NCBI GenBank assembly: GCA_000004985.1
Contig: GG738884.1
Length of the DNA: 64,000 nt
Direction: 5' to 3' (one strand)
Source of the DNA: Naegleria gruberi
Lineage: Eukaryota
Shown here: positions 21,265 through 31,282 of the stretch, piece by piece
How the letters are laid out: each line of letters opens with the position of its first letter
Numbering within the stretch: position 1 is the first letter of the stretch
Notes under the pieces: generated by a model
Told to the model about the DNA's origin: nothing
Database searches by the model: none
What the model saw: the letters and a program-made list of their open reading frames with translations, nothing else
Made by a program: the position numbers and the translations under genes

Positions 21265-22362
21265 TTAAGGCTGGCATGCTTCTAGAGAAGATTCACCAAA
21301 CTTGGAAAGTAATTGTTTTTCAATAAATTCAGGGAAATTCATAGAGCTTTCAATTGAAATTTTGTCTTTCAAATGTGCAGATTCTGGAGATTTAAAATTG
21401 AAGAGAAGTAATGTTCTCAAATTGCTAAGGGTAGAAAAATCTTGTTGTTGAGAAAATAATTTTTGAGGGGAAAAGGAAACTATTTCTTCCACTGAATCAT
21501 TAGAAAATCCTTCCAATAACTCACTTTTCACCAATATTAATTTTTTGAGTTCTTTCAAATTTGACAAGAAACTGTGGTGTTTCAAATCGAAAATCATCAA
21601 CTCTTTAACTGTGGTATTGCTTCCAATAAAATCTGGCGAAATTTCTTCAATTCTTTCTGCATAATTGATTGTTGTTGGTTTAAAATAAGAAAAAGTTGAT
21701 GTGTTACTTCTTTTCACAGTATTGCTTTCCTCTCCACTAGCTGATTTAAATGAAAAATTTCCAAAAATTGATGAGAAGACTGGTGGCTTTGGTTTCAATA
21801 TTTCAATATCCTGATACAATAGTAATGCATCTGTGTCTAATTTACACCCATTCTCCACAAATTTCCTCTGTTCTCTAAAAAGTGTAAAGTAATATTTGAT
21901 ACAAGGATCAACTGTTGAATTGATCATAAATTCAGACATTTTCAACAATTTCAGCATCATTCTTCTATTGAAGTGTTTAGAAACTAGTCTCATTTTGTGA
22001 ATGGTGGTGATCGGAGAGTCAATTCTTTCCTCCTTCTTTCTCTTTTTAATCTTGCTCATGCCAAGTTGTTCAAGTTTCTTATCCATCTTGGCGATCTTCT
22101 TCCACTTTGAATAGGTTGGAATAAATTCGATAATTTCATATTTCACACTTTCATCAAGCCTATGAATTAATTCAACATTTAATTCTTGATGTTGGTATTC
22201 TGGGGGAGGCACATGATTTGCAATCATTTGTTCGGTCAATGTATCCACCAGATGATTTCTAATATTTTCCAGTTCTTCCCTCGAGGAATTTTCTTCTATT
22301 TGCACCAAATCTTCTCTACCCAACAGAATGGCAGCAATATTTGCTATTAGATTATTGTTCAT
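21265..22362 (-). CDS. Hypothetical protein, 365 aa
   Basis: ORF with ATG at 22362. There is a Lys-rich stretch (KIKKRKKEER) and no recognised domain. It starts 28 nt after the stop of ORF 22391..23662. Confidence 0.4.
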   Translation of the reverse strand: MNNNLIANIAAILLGREDLVQIEENSSREELENIRNHLVDTLTEQMIANHVPPPEYQHQELNVELIHRLDESVKYEIIEFIPTYSKWKKIAKMDKKLEQLGMSKIKKRKKEERIDSPITTIHKMRLVSKHFNRRMMLKLLKMSEFMINSTVDPCIKYYFTLFREQRKFVENGCKLDTDALLLYQDIEILKPKPPVFSSIFGNFSFKSASGEESNTVKRSNTSTFSYFKPTTINYAERIEEISPDFIGSNTTVKELMIFDLKHHSFLSNLKELKKLILVKSELLEGFSNDSVEEIVSFSPQKLFSQQQDFSTLSNLRTLLLFNFKSPESAHLKDKISIESSMNFPEFIEKQLLSKFGESSLEACQP

Positions 22363-22390
22363 TTTTTTTGTAAAATAAATCTAATGTTTC

Positions 22391-23662
22391 TTAATTCTGA
22401 ATATTTAACACAATATCAGCGTATGATATTTTGGCATTTTCAGTGAGTATCAATGGAGGCAAAACAAATGAGGGAAGTTTCATTTCAATAAATGAAATAT
22501 TCCTAAACCTAATAACTTCCTTTGATTTGTAAAGCAGAAAACTCTTGCATCCTCCAAATAATAATATGTGATTTCCTCTGATTAGATAGTGAGCTTGAGA
22601 ATCATTTCGCAAGAGTTCATCTTTATCCTTCTCTGAGCAATCCAAACTTAAATGACCAATTCTGCAATTGTAAAGACAATCAAATATACCAACCGTTTCT
22701 GTGTTAACGAACCTATCTTTGTAATATCCACCAAAACTGATTAGATATCGACCAGCTATGAGTGCAGTCGCATTTCTACCAGCTTCTGCATCATATATGG
22801 ATTCAAAATCTCTTGTTTGCCCACTACCATATGTATTAAAATCAAATCTAATAATCTTGGATGAGGTGTAAGATCTATATGAAGAGCCACCATATGAAAC
22901 CACACTTCCACTTCCTTCTTCTGCATTATATTTCAATAATTGAGAACTGTGGGTGCTTGGTGTAAGAGTTGCACCCATTTCTTTGAGACTTTCCTCATAA
23001 ACTTCAAAGCATGAAATTGATGATCTACTCTCCAACACTTCTTTGCTTAAATATTTCAGTTTAAAAACTGATGTATGGAATACCAAAAGATCACTTTCTT
23101 TCAATTCGAGCCCCATTAACCTTTCCAAGTCTTTCACGAATGTAATTTTCCCATTCTCATGAATTTTCATCAACTTGATACATTCCAATGAATAACAAAG
23201 AAAGTAGGGACTATTTTCAAAAACTATCAAATTAATTTCTGAACTCTCCCACATAGCATTGTCCATCACATATTCCGATTCTCCAATAAATTCCTTCTTC
23301 CATAAATCAAATATTGCAACTCCACCAGTAACAGCCGAATGTTGTTGGATAAGGAATGCTAAAAGCAAAAATCTCTCATTACTCATATTATTAGGTAAAT
23401 TGACAAATTTTGATGCTGATAGGACTTGTCTATAAAATAGGTTGTATGGTGTGGTTTGTTGTTGATTTTCCTTGTGCTTGTTTTCTAATCTTACTTCAAT
23501 GGGAAGTGAATTCTTTGGAAAGTGGACTGAACAGCAAATTTTACCAAGACATTTATTCATTTCTTCATGATCCATCGATGATTCATTGTTTTCCGAATCA
23601 TCATCATCATCGTCTTGTCTTTTTCTTTTCAGTTCCTCCCCACTTGCCGACAAGTGGCTCAT
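22391..23662 (-). CDS. Hypothetical protein, 423 aa, with an acidic N-terminus and a possible Kelch/beta-propeller-like C-terminal region
   Basis: ORF with ATG at 23662. The N-terminus reads KRKRQDDDDDDSENNESS. C-terminal blocks such as ALIAGRYLISFGGYY...GNHILLFGG resemble Kelch blades (weak). Confidence 0.4.
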   Translation of the reverse strand: MSHLSASGEELKRKRQDDDDDDSENNESSMDHEEMNKCLGKICCSVHFPKNSLPIEVRLENKHKENQQQTTPYNLFYRQVLSASKFVNLPNNMSNERFLLLAFLIQQHSAVTGGVAIFDLWKKEFIGESEYVMDNAMWESSEINLIVFENSPYFLCYSLECIKLMKIHENGKITFVKDLERLMGLELKESDLLVFHTSVFKLKYLSKEVLESRSSISCFEVYEESLKEMGATLTPSTHSSQLLKYNAEEGSGSVVSYGGSSYRSYTSSKIIRFDFNTYGSGQTRDFESIYDAEAGRNATALIAGRYLISFGGYYKDRFVNTETVGIFDCLYNCRIGHLSLDCSEKDKDELLRNDSQAHYLIRGNHILLFGGCKSFLLYKSKEVIRFRNISFIEMKLPSFVLPPLILTENAKISYADIVLNIQN

Positions 23663-23718
23663 ATTGATCTGCTATTTTTCTTTAATTATTAATTTATTTA
23701 AATAAATTACAAAAGAAA

Positions 23719-24600
23719 ATGAATCAATTGGAATCAATCATTGCCGATTACCTCTCCAATCATTGTTCTTCATCTCCGTTGGATGATGATGAATTTTCCA
23801 TTATTAAATTAAAAATTGAAACTCTAAAAAATTCGATAAGCGAAAAGGAATGGAAGGCAATCAGGGAAGATATAAGAGTGGAGGATTTATTTGGTTCAAT
23901 ATATTTGTTAATTTTGAAGGAATTGATGCCATTCCGAGATGGATATTCGCAAGAATTTCGAGATTGCTCACTCTGTCCCGAACGTTACATTAATTTTCAA
24001 ATCAAGCCTTCGTGTTGTACCTCAAAGTGTACTAAAACTACTTGTGAAATAATTAAGTATCTGGTGATGAATGTTTATGAGAGTGAATTATTGGTAGATA
24101 GACAGGCTTCATGTTGGTTTGATGGATATTATGTAAGATCAATGCATTGGTTGGCTCACTTTGGTCAATTATCACTTGTGAGATTTTTGGTGAATGAATG
24201 TGGATTTAAGGCACAAGTCCAATCTGATATTGATTGGGTCTCAGATTGGTCAATTAATCAGGCCTTTATTGAAAAACACTTTGATTTGGTTAGAGAAATG
24301 TGTAAGGGAGATTATTCCTTCATGTTGAGAGATAGGTGTGATCATATTCCAGCTGGAATGTTATATTCTTGTTTTGAAATGATCAAAATGGAAGTAGAAA
24401 ACACTTGGGATTATTGGCTATTTATTGTAGAGGAATGTTTGAGGGGAAAGATTACAGATGAAATATTGGATGAAGCAATGGAGACATGGGATAGAAAACC
24501 GAAAGATTTTCTGAGAGCCAAACAAGATCTTTGTTTGAGGGAAAATCCAATACGATCTCACAAACAACTTTCTGATATCATATTTGAATTTGAACTTTGA
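23719..24600 (+). CDS. Hypothetical protein, 293 aa, cysteine-rich middle region
   Basis: ORF with ATG at 23719. It is transcribed divergently from 22391..23662, with only 56 bp between the two start codons. No domain recognised. Confidence 0.5.
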   Translation: MNQLESIIADYLSNHCSSSPLDDDEFSIIKLKIETLKNSISEKEWKAIREDIRVEDLFGSIYLLILKELMPFRDGYSQEFRDCSLCPERYINFQIKPSCCTSKCTKTTCEIIKYLVMNVYESELLVDRQASCWFDGYYVRSMHWLAHFGQLSLVRFLVNECGFKAQVQSDIDWVSDWSINQAFIEKHFDLVREMCKGDYSFMLRDRCDHIPAGMLYSCFEMIKMEVENTWDYWLFIVEECLRGKITDEILDEAMETWDRKPKDFLRAKQDLCLRENPIRSHKQLSDIIFEFEL

Positions 24601-24864
24601 TTCAATACAATCGAATAGCTCAATCATGAAAATGAATAACCAAAACTAAACTGTACAATTCTAACAATCTGATTCCAATTCATCTCTTAAACGTGTAACA
24701 TCATCACCTCTACAAGCAGCTCTCGCTTTAAATCTCATTTCTAATGAGTGTTACCCTTTTCATGGCAGATTACAAATTTCAAACTTTAAATTTACGCTTC
24801 AATTTACAAAAGCTAAATTTAAACCAGAAAACTCAAACTTTCAAAATTCAACAAAACAAAAAAA

Positions 24865-26552
24865 ATGTTCATCTCATCTCTGATAGAAAACGTGAGTCAA
24901 GGAGGAGGTATTGTCAGTTCCTCGGAGAATGTCACTCTATTCTCATCATCTTTTATAATTTTGATGGGTGTTGTGGGTTATGTCATGTATTTTCTGAAGG
25001 ATACTTTGGAGGAATTTATTAGAAGGTTATTCTTTTTCATGTTGGATTTGTCGGATGCTGATCAGGAGTTTGTTTGGTTCTTTACCTTCTTTTCATTCCA
25101 TCCCTATACGAATCATGGTTCTTCACATATTAAACCATATCAAAAGAAGGCCAATAAGGTGAATGATTATGATGATGATCCACTTGAATATGATGGTTTT
25201 GATTTGGGAAAGGATGAGGAATTTAAAAAGACCAAGTTTGTTCCTGCACCTGGCTATCATGTAATTTACATTGAGGGAAAGCCATTATTGATTAATATGA
25301 TTAGTACCATGCCAACTAATGGAAATATTATGAAAGCTAAGGAAAATGTGGAAATTTACAAGCCAAAGTATGATTTTATTGATGCCATTTTGAGAATGAT
25401 TGTCCCATGCACTGATGACAATAATTGTCCAGATCCATTGACTATGGCCAAGAGAGCTGGTTTGAACACTTCAAGTTTCCTCTCACAAAGATATGATGAG
25501 AATGGAAAGGTCATTGCTAAAACTCAAAAGATTTCTTCCAGTAATTATTTCAAGGAATTGATGGCCAATTGCTATTATATCAATACTCTTTATATGAAAT
25601 CCAAGACAACAATTTATACACAAAATTATGGTAGATGGGCTGCTTCATGTGTTAAACATAAGAGAGATAAGAATTCTGTCATTTTGGATAATGGTGTCTG
25701 GGAGAGTCTTTACACGGATGTTGAACAATTCTTGAATAGCAGAGATTGGTATTTCGATCAAGGTATTCCATACAGAAGAGGTTATTTATTATATGTAAGT
25801 TTTTTTAAATTATTGGAGGATTTAATTTTTAACACAATATCTATCTCACTAAACTTTCTATATTCATGAATTTTCAATCAATCAAATAACAACAGGGACC
25901 ACCAGGTACAGGTAAATCAAGTACTATTGGATCTATTGCAGCAGCTTTCAATATGAATATTTGTGTTGTCAATTTGGCTTCTAAGGAATTGAGTGATGAA
26001 GACCTTAATGCAATGTTCAGTAGTGCTCCATTGGATGCCTTGATTGTTCTTGAAGATATTGATTCTTCCTTCATGAATTCTACTGTTGAGGAGAAGAAAC
26101 CTTCCAAGAAGGAAGATGGAGAAGAAAAGGAAGATGAAGAGCCATCAGAAATCAGTAATGTCATTCAAACCAAATCTCAAGTTACTTTCAGTGGTATTTT
26201 GAATGCCATTGATGGTATTGCTGCTTAAGAATCAAGAATGATTTTCATGACAACTAATTACAAGGATAAGCTTCCACCTGCACTTATTAGAAATGGTAGA
26301 ATTGACAAGAAGATTTTCATTGGATATGCCACAGAACATCAAGTCAAGGCCTATGTTAAAAAGTTCTACGAAAAGGATAATCTTTCAGAGGAGGAATTCT
26401 CAACTTTAATTGAACAATTCTGGAATAAGATCAAGAACATGTCCATCTGTATGGCTCAATTGCAAGGTTTCTTATTACTCTATAGACATTCTCTTAAGGA
26501 TCTCGTCAATGCTGCTGATGAATTTGAAAAATTCACCAAAGATGAAATTTAA
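24865..26552 (+). CDS. BCS1: BCS1-like mitochondrial AAA ATPase. Exons are 24865..25794 and 25896..26552. An in-frame TAA at 26226..26228 interrupts the AAA domain.
   Basis: The BCS1_N-like N-terminal region ends ...RRGYLLY|GTAAGT. After acceptor aacaacag the frame continues GPPGTGKSSTIGSIAAAFNMNICVVNLAS (Walker A), ...LIVLEDIDS (Walker B), ...[47 protein letters not shown] (sensor/arginine finger region). The stop falls inside the conserved DG(V/I)A-S/T-E-x-R(I/M)(V/I)FMTTN block, and the reading frame is unchanged across it. Confidence 0.75.
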
Positions 26553-26733
26553 TTTATTAACTTAGTTAAATAGATCATTAAGATAATCAATAAATAGATT
26601 GTTCATTAACTATTACAATAGTAATTTAATTAATCAAGTTCTTGACCTTTCCAATGATGTTGGAATAAGAAAACACAAGACGACTAAACAGATTTAAAGA
26701 GATTGAAAAATTGATAAATTTTGTTTTTACTGT

Positions 26734-28212
26734 TTAAACTTGTTGAGCTCTTCTTGAATTTCTCTTAATTGTTATAACTACAACCAGGATAGCAATCAAA
26801 CCAAATAATGGGAAAACAACAGCAGAAGTGATAATAACTGGTAATCTATAACTCCATCCAAAATAATAAATATTTGAAATATATGGAATAAATTCCATAT
26901 TTGTAGTAGTGGAACTTGAAGTAGGTCTAACAGAAACATAAACAGTCTTTGCATTAGTATAATAATTAGTATAACTCAATGATGAGTATTGAGAAGTGGA
27001 ATAAACATAAATTTCACTACTGCTATAGTAACTATCAGCATTAATTGTAATATAACCACTATAGCTTGATGAGGTGAATAAATTGATATCTTTCAATGTC
27101 AATGTAAAACCAGATGGAACTGAAATCTTGTAGTATTTTGTCGAATAGAGTGTACCAGTATTGACATAAGTTGCAGAATACAAGGTAGTTGCAGAACTCA
27201 TTGGATCAGAATTAGCAGCATTAATTGTTTGAGCAGCAATTGAAAGATATTGACAACTTGAAGGAATATTGCTACATGTCAAGCCAGTGGAAGTGACACT
27301 AACTGTAGTTTTAGAATATGAATTTCCATCAGCAGAGCAAAAACAAGCAAGAGTGCTTTTCTGAATCAGAACAGAATTTCCATTCACATCATAAAAATTA
27401 TTTCCACTAGCATATGAATATTGTAAACTAGCTCCATATACATTAGGATTGGATAAACTTGTTACACTGAATGCATACAATGTACTATAACCAGTTGTTT
27501 TATAGGCATAGACGGCGTTAGCAATTGAAAATCCATAACCATTCAAGTTAGGCCAAACATTTGGCAATAAATAACTCATTGATTCAACCAATTGACCAAA
27601 TGCATTACTTCTCAATTGATAATTAAATTGATAAGGTCCAAAAAAGTTTTTAAATGGACCCAAAGTTGACTTTCCATCCTCAACAATTGCTGCAAATCCA
27701 ATAGTTGCACTTCCACTTGTTGCATTCTGAGTGAATGTATAACCAATAGTAGAGCCACTACTAGCAGCAGCATCAGTCGATTTAAAATAATACGAAACAC
27801 TTGGATTCAGTGTGAAAATTGCCATACTTTGAGGTCTGACATTTAACATGCCATTCGTACAAATATAAGTAAATGTAAAATCAACAGCAGCAGTAGCACT
27901 ATTATTTGCAGAATTGACACTATAAGATAAACCAGAAACACCCACCAAACTATATGGTAAAGTATTTAAACGACCTGAATAGGCAGAAGTTGCATAATTG
28001 CTAATGGTAAGAGTGAGAGGATCTGTTGAAGTTCTGTTGATATAAACATAGAGGGAACAGGAAGAGGTGGTTGTTGCTCCTGCGAAGGAATAGCTTGCGA
28101 AGGGAGAGGTGGTTGTGTATTGCACATTAAAGTCAGATGCGCTGACAAGTGTGAGTAGTGACAGGAGTAAAAGTGTGAAGAAAAATATTGTTCGAGGAGT
28201 GTTGTTGGGCAT
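26734..28212 (-). CDS. Ser/Thr/Tyr-rich type I membrane glycoprotein (adhesin-like surface protein)
   Basis: Probable start MPNNTPRTIFFFTLLLLSLLTLVSA at 28212 (signal peptide). There are ~430 aa of S/T/Y/N/G-rich repeats with many NxS/T sites, then a C-terminal TM helix (LPVIITSAVVFPLFGLIAILVVVITI) and a short basic tail. Confidence 0.6.
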   Translation of the reverse strand: MPNNTPRTIFFFTLLLLSLLTLVSASDFNVQYTTTSPFASYSFAGATTTSSCSLYVYINRTSTDPLTLTISNYATSAYSGRLNTLPYSLVGVSGLSYSVNSANNSATAAVDFTFTYICTNGMLNVRPQSMAIFTLNPSVSYYFKSTDAAASSGSTIGYTFTQNATSGSATIGFAAIVEDGKSTLGPFKNFFGPYQFNYQLRSNAFGQLVESMSYLLPNVWPNLNGYGFSIANAVYAYKTTGYSTLYAFSVTSLSNPNVYGASLQYSYASGNNFYDVNGNSVLIQKSTLACFCSADGNSYSKTTVSVTSTGLTCSNIPSSCQYLSIAAQTINAANSDPMSSATTLYSATYVNTGTLYSTKYYKISVPSGFTLTLKDINLFTSSSYSGYITINADSYYSSSEIYVYSTSQYSSLSYTNYYTNAKTVYVSVRPTSSSTTTNMEFIPYISNIYYFGWSYRLPVIITSAVVFPLFGLIAILVVVITIKRNSRRAQQV

Positions 28213-28978
28213 TTTTTTGTTGTGTAATTTGTTGTTGAATGATTTGATTTGAAAATTAAATAGAAATGATCTTAAACTCCACAAATTAGAAACTTAACTA
28301 AACTCTTATTAGAATCTTGTTTTATCCATCAAAATCAGAAAATTGTAACATATTGTAAATATTATTTGTATAATAATAAAATTGTTATTCTTCAGCAAAT
28401 TTTCCTCTCAAACATTCCAAAAATGTCAATGCCAATAAAAAATATCAAGAGAAGTGTTTGTTTTGGGTTGTGGCTTAACTCATATTCATATAGATTGAGA
28501 GCTATTGCATATTTAGTATGGATTGGTGGAAGCATTGTTGGTTCGATCTTTGATTCATGTGTAATGTTAAGGGAGAAAATGAAAAGTATTGAATGCATTC
28601 AGTGGGTTATGTTGTTAGAAACTATTTTAAATAACATTTCATAAAGATCTTTTTTGAGGATTTGTTCCTCTGGAAGTTTGGAAGTGTGTCTGAGAGTTCT
28701 TGGGAACAAACTTGCTGAGAACACAATTCTTCAATTTATGTAAAAGAAAGAATTCCTTCAATGAACAACCAACAGAGAGAACTGAAATGTAATTATTATC
28801 AATTTCATGTTAATTGCCATTCTAGAAATTGTGTCAATCAAATAAAGAAGAATCACCTTCCATAATTCAATGTTCTTCATATGCTATTGAGCTTTTTTTA
28901 CTAAACATTCATTGGAAAAGTATTAAAGTTGACTATTTTGGCATGCAATAAATATGCAGCTGAATTTAGAAGGTGAAT

Positions 28979-29758
28979 TTATTCATCAAAAACAAGTTTG
29001 AGTGGGAATAATGCATTCCAAGGACAATTATTCTCTTCCAGCTGTCCTATCTGCTGCTCACTGTTATTCACTTCTTCAACTTCTTGAATGCTGGAAATGC
29101 AGAGAAATGATCCATCATCAGAAGATGAAACACTCTCCTTTTGATTTTCAAACGATTTTTGTTGAAACTCAACGTGTTGAATATGTTGGAATTCGTTCGA
29201 ATTAGTATGTTGAAATTGTTGATTGCTAGCTTGCTTTCTCTTTCTGGTTCTCTTCTTTTTCTGAGATTTCCAAGATAATTCAAAGTAATTAGATCCAAAT
29301 TCATCATCTGAAACCATCTTTTTCATTCTGAGACATTTTGGAGGAGAAAGAAATTTGTTAGGATGTGGAGGAAGCTTGACTATTTTTTGATATTTTGCAT
29401 GTTTCGTCCTCTTTTCCAAATCTGTTTTCATGTTATGTGAAACCAAGTTTCCACAATTTCCAATACTTTTCATTATTGGTTTGAATACGTTATGATGATG
29501 ATTATGTTGAGAAGAGAGGAAAGGAGGTGTGTTAAACATGCATGAATTCATGTTTGAATGATCATGGATTGGACACATGTTTTGAGAGTATTGCAAGCAT
29601 TCAGATTGATGTTGGTATGGTTGACCTGGATTGGGTTGTTGTGGCACCGTAAAACTATTGCATGTGTGGCAGCTGGCTTGCATTTGATTGTTGTTCACAC
29701 ACTGCAACATGCTTGCTGTATTCGAAAGGTTTGGATGGTGAAGAGATGGTACGTGCAT
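28979..29758 (-). CDS. Hypothetical protein, 259 aa, His/Cys/Gln-rich N-terminus with a basic KKKRTRKRK patch
   Basis: ORF only. There is a possible nuclear localisation signal (SWKSQKKKRTRKRKQ). No domain recognised. Confidence 0.4.
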   Translation of the reverse strand: MHVPSLHHPNLSNTASMLQCVNNNQMQASCHTCNSFTVPQQPNPGQPYQHQSECLQYSQNMCPIHDHSNMNSCMFNTPPFLSSQHNHHHNVFKPIMKSIGNCGNLVSHNMKTDLEKRTKHAKYQKIVKLPPHPNKFLSPPKCLRMKKMVSDDEFGSNYFELSWKSQKKKRTRKRKQASNQQFQHTNSNEFQHIQHVEFQQKSFENQKESVSSSDDGSFLCISSIQEVEEVNNSEQQIGQLEENNCPWNALFPLKLVFDE

Positions 29759-30655
29759 GGTTGATTTAGAGAAATAGTTTGGATGTTGAGTGAAGGGTAT
29801 TAGTTATCATATATTTGAGCGTTTTTTTTGTGAATAGTTTGGTTTCTTCAAGCATGCTAAGAAAATAAACTCATCCAAAAAATGGGATCACCGTTCCAAA
29901 TCTGTACATCCATTACATTTCGTACATAAAAACTAAATCGCCACACCTTAAACGAAACTTTCAAATAAGATATACCTGGGCTTTTTTAAATATGAAGAGT
30001 CGCTGAGTGCTTGCCATGCTCAATTAATGTAGATCCCTTTCTTCTTTTGTTGTGATGGGTTCTTCATAAAACAATGCTTGTACAATAGGAAATATGTCAG
30101 TCTAAACAATCAACTATCAATCGTCGGTTATGTAAGTTGAATAGTTACTAGAATAGTCTTATATATATGTAGAGATAATACGTCTTATTAAATTGTCTAT
30201 TCCTTTAAGAATCAAAAAGGTACATCATGCATAATATAGTCATATTGAATTCGAATCAATCAACACGTTATCTGAATCTTAATCCATGCTTGATCTTTGC
30301 GGTCTTGTAGCCGAAGTAAGTACCTAACAAATCAGAAAGTCCTTATCAATTATAAAACAATAGAAAAGGCCATCCAATTAAGTATGAAATTCAGTCTGAA
30401 ATGTAATTTCACCTTCTCTTGAGATCTAAAGACCTAGCTGATCATTTCTGTGTATGTAGGAGGAGAAGGATGAAAGTTTTTCCTAATAATGTTCACTTTA
30501 TTAGTGGACTATAACCTGATGTTGTAAATCAAAATAAAATCCATACTGTTGGTTGGATTTTAAGATAGTCAGCTGCTTCCACATTCCTTAATAATATTCA
30601 TCTATTGTTGTTGATAGAATAGAGATCAATCTCTTTTCCAATCATTCACATTGAA

Positions 30656-31012
30656 TTATCTGTGCAACAAGTAAATTCCAAGAATTGCAAAGAAAGCAGA
30701 ACCACCAGAAACCCACATCCAACCCTTTCTATCCATACCATTCTTCCATGCAATAAGTCCAGCTCCAACATCTACCAAATCACAGAACAATCCCATTTGC
30801 AAAGCCATCTTTAAAGCTTCAGGATTCTTTGCGTACAACAATGAAACTCCCAAAATAAAGTCTCTGGCACCAAACATTCTTCCAACAAGAACACCCTCTA
30901 CAGAAGATGGTGCAGCCTTGGTAAGGTGTTCGAGAGTTTGATTAGGAAGGATATAGGTTGAAGCTCCAACTCCCATACGAAGATAGGCAAGTGTTTGAAG
31001 AATGGCAGACAT
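30656..31012 (-). CDS. Small hydrophobic protein (118 aa), probably a 3-4 TM membrane protein
   Basis: ORF with ATG at 31012. It contains Gly/Ala-rich hydrophobic helices (MGVGASTYIL..., ILGVSLLYA..., VDVGAGLIAW..., SGGSAFFAILGIYLL). Confidence 0.4.
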   Translation of the reverse strand: MSAILQTLAYLRMGVGASTYILPNQTLEHLTKAAPSSVEGVLVGRMFGARDFILGVSLLYAKNPEALKMALQMGLFCDLVDVGAGLIAWKNGMDRKGWMWVSGGSAFFAILGIYLLHR

Positions 31013-31282
31013 TTGTAATATATTGTTGTTATTGTAATATATTGTTGTTGTTTAATGTATTAAATTGTATAATGAATAGAAAATGATGATGAATATTAAT
31101 GCGCAATTTTCTTCACAATTTTTCAAGTTGAGATTTTTGCGATTTTTTTTAAATTTAATTTTGAAAAAGATTTTACGCGGGAAAGAACTTATTTGGACCT
31201 TCACACAAAGAAGAAATAAGAAGAAACTTATTGAAACTTTTCTCAATATATTTGTTTCAATGCAACAACAATAAAATGTTTA

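Noticed and set aside
28366-28644. Small overlapping ORFs (28366..28644 +, 28392..28598 -), and likewise 13891..14145, 59215..59502, 63536..63718
   Set aside because: They are short, lie in AT-rich spacers, lack ATG starts or a codon-bias signature, and overlap each other. They are most likely non-coding.
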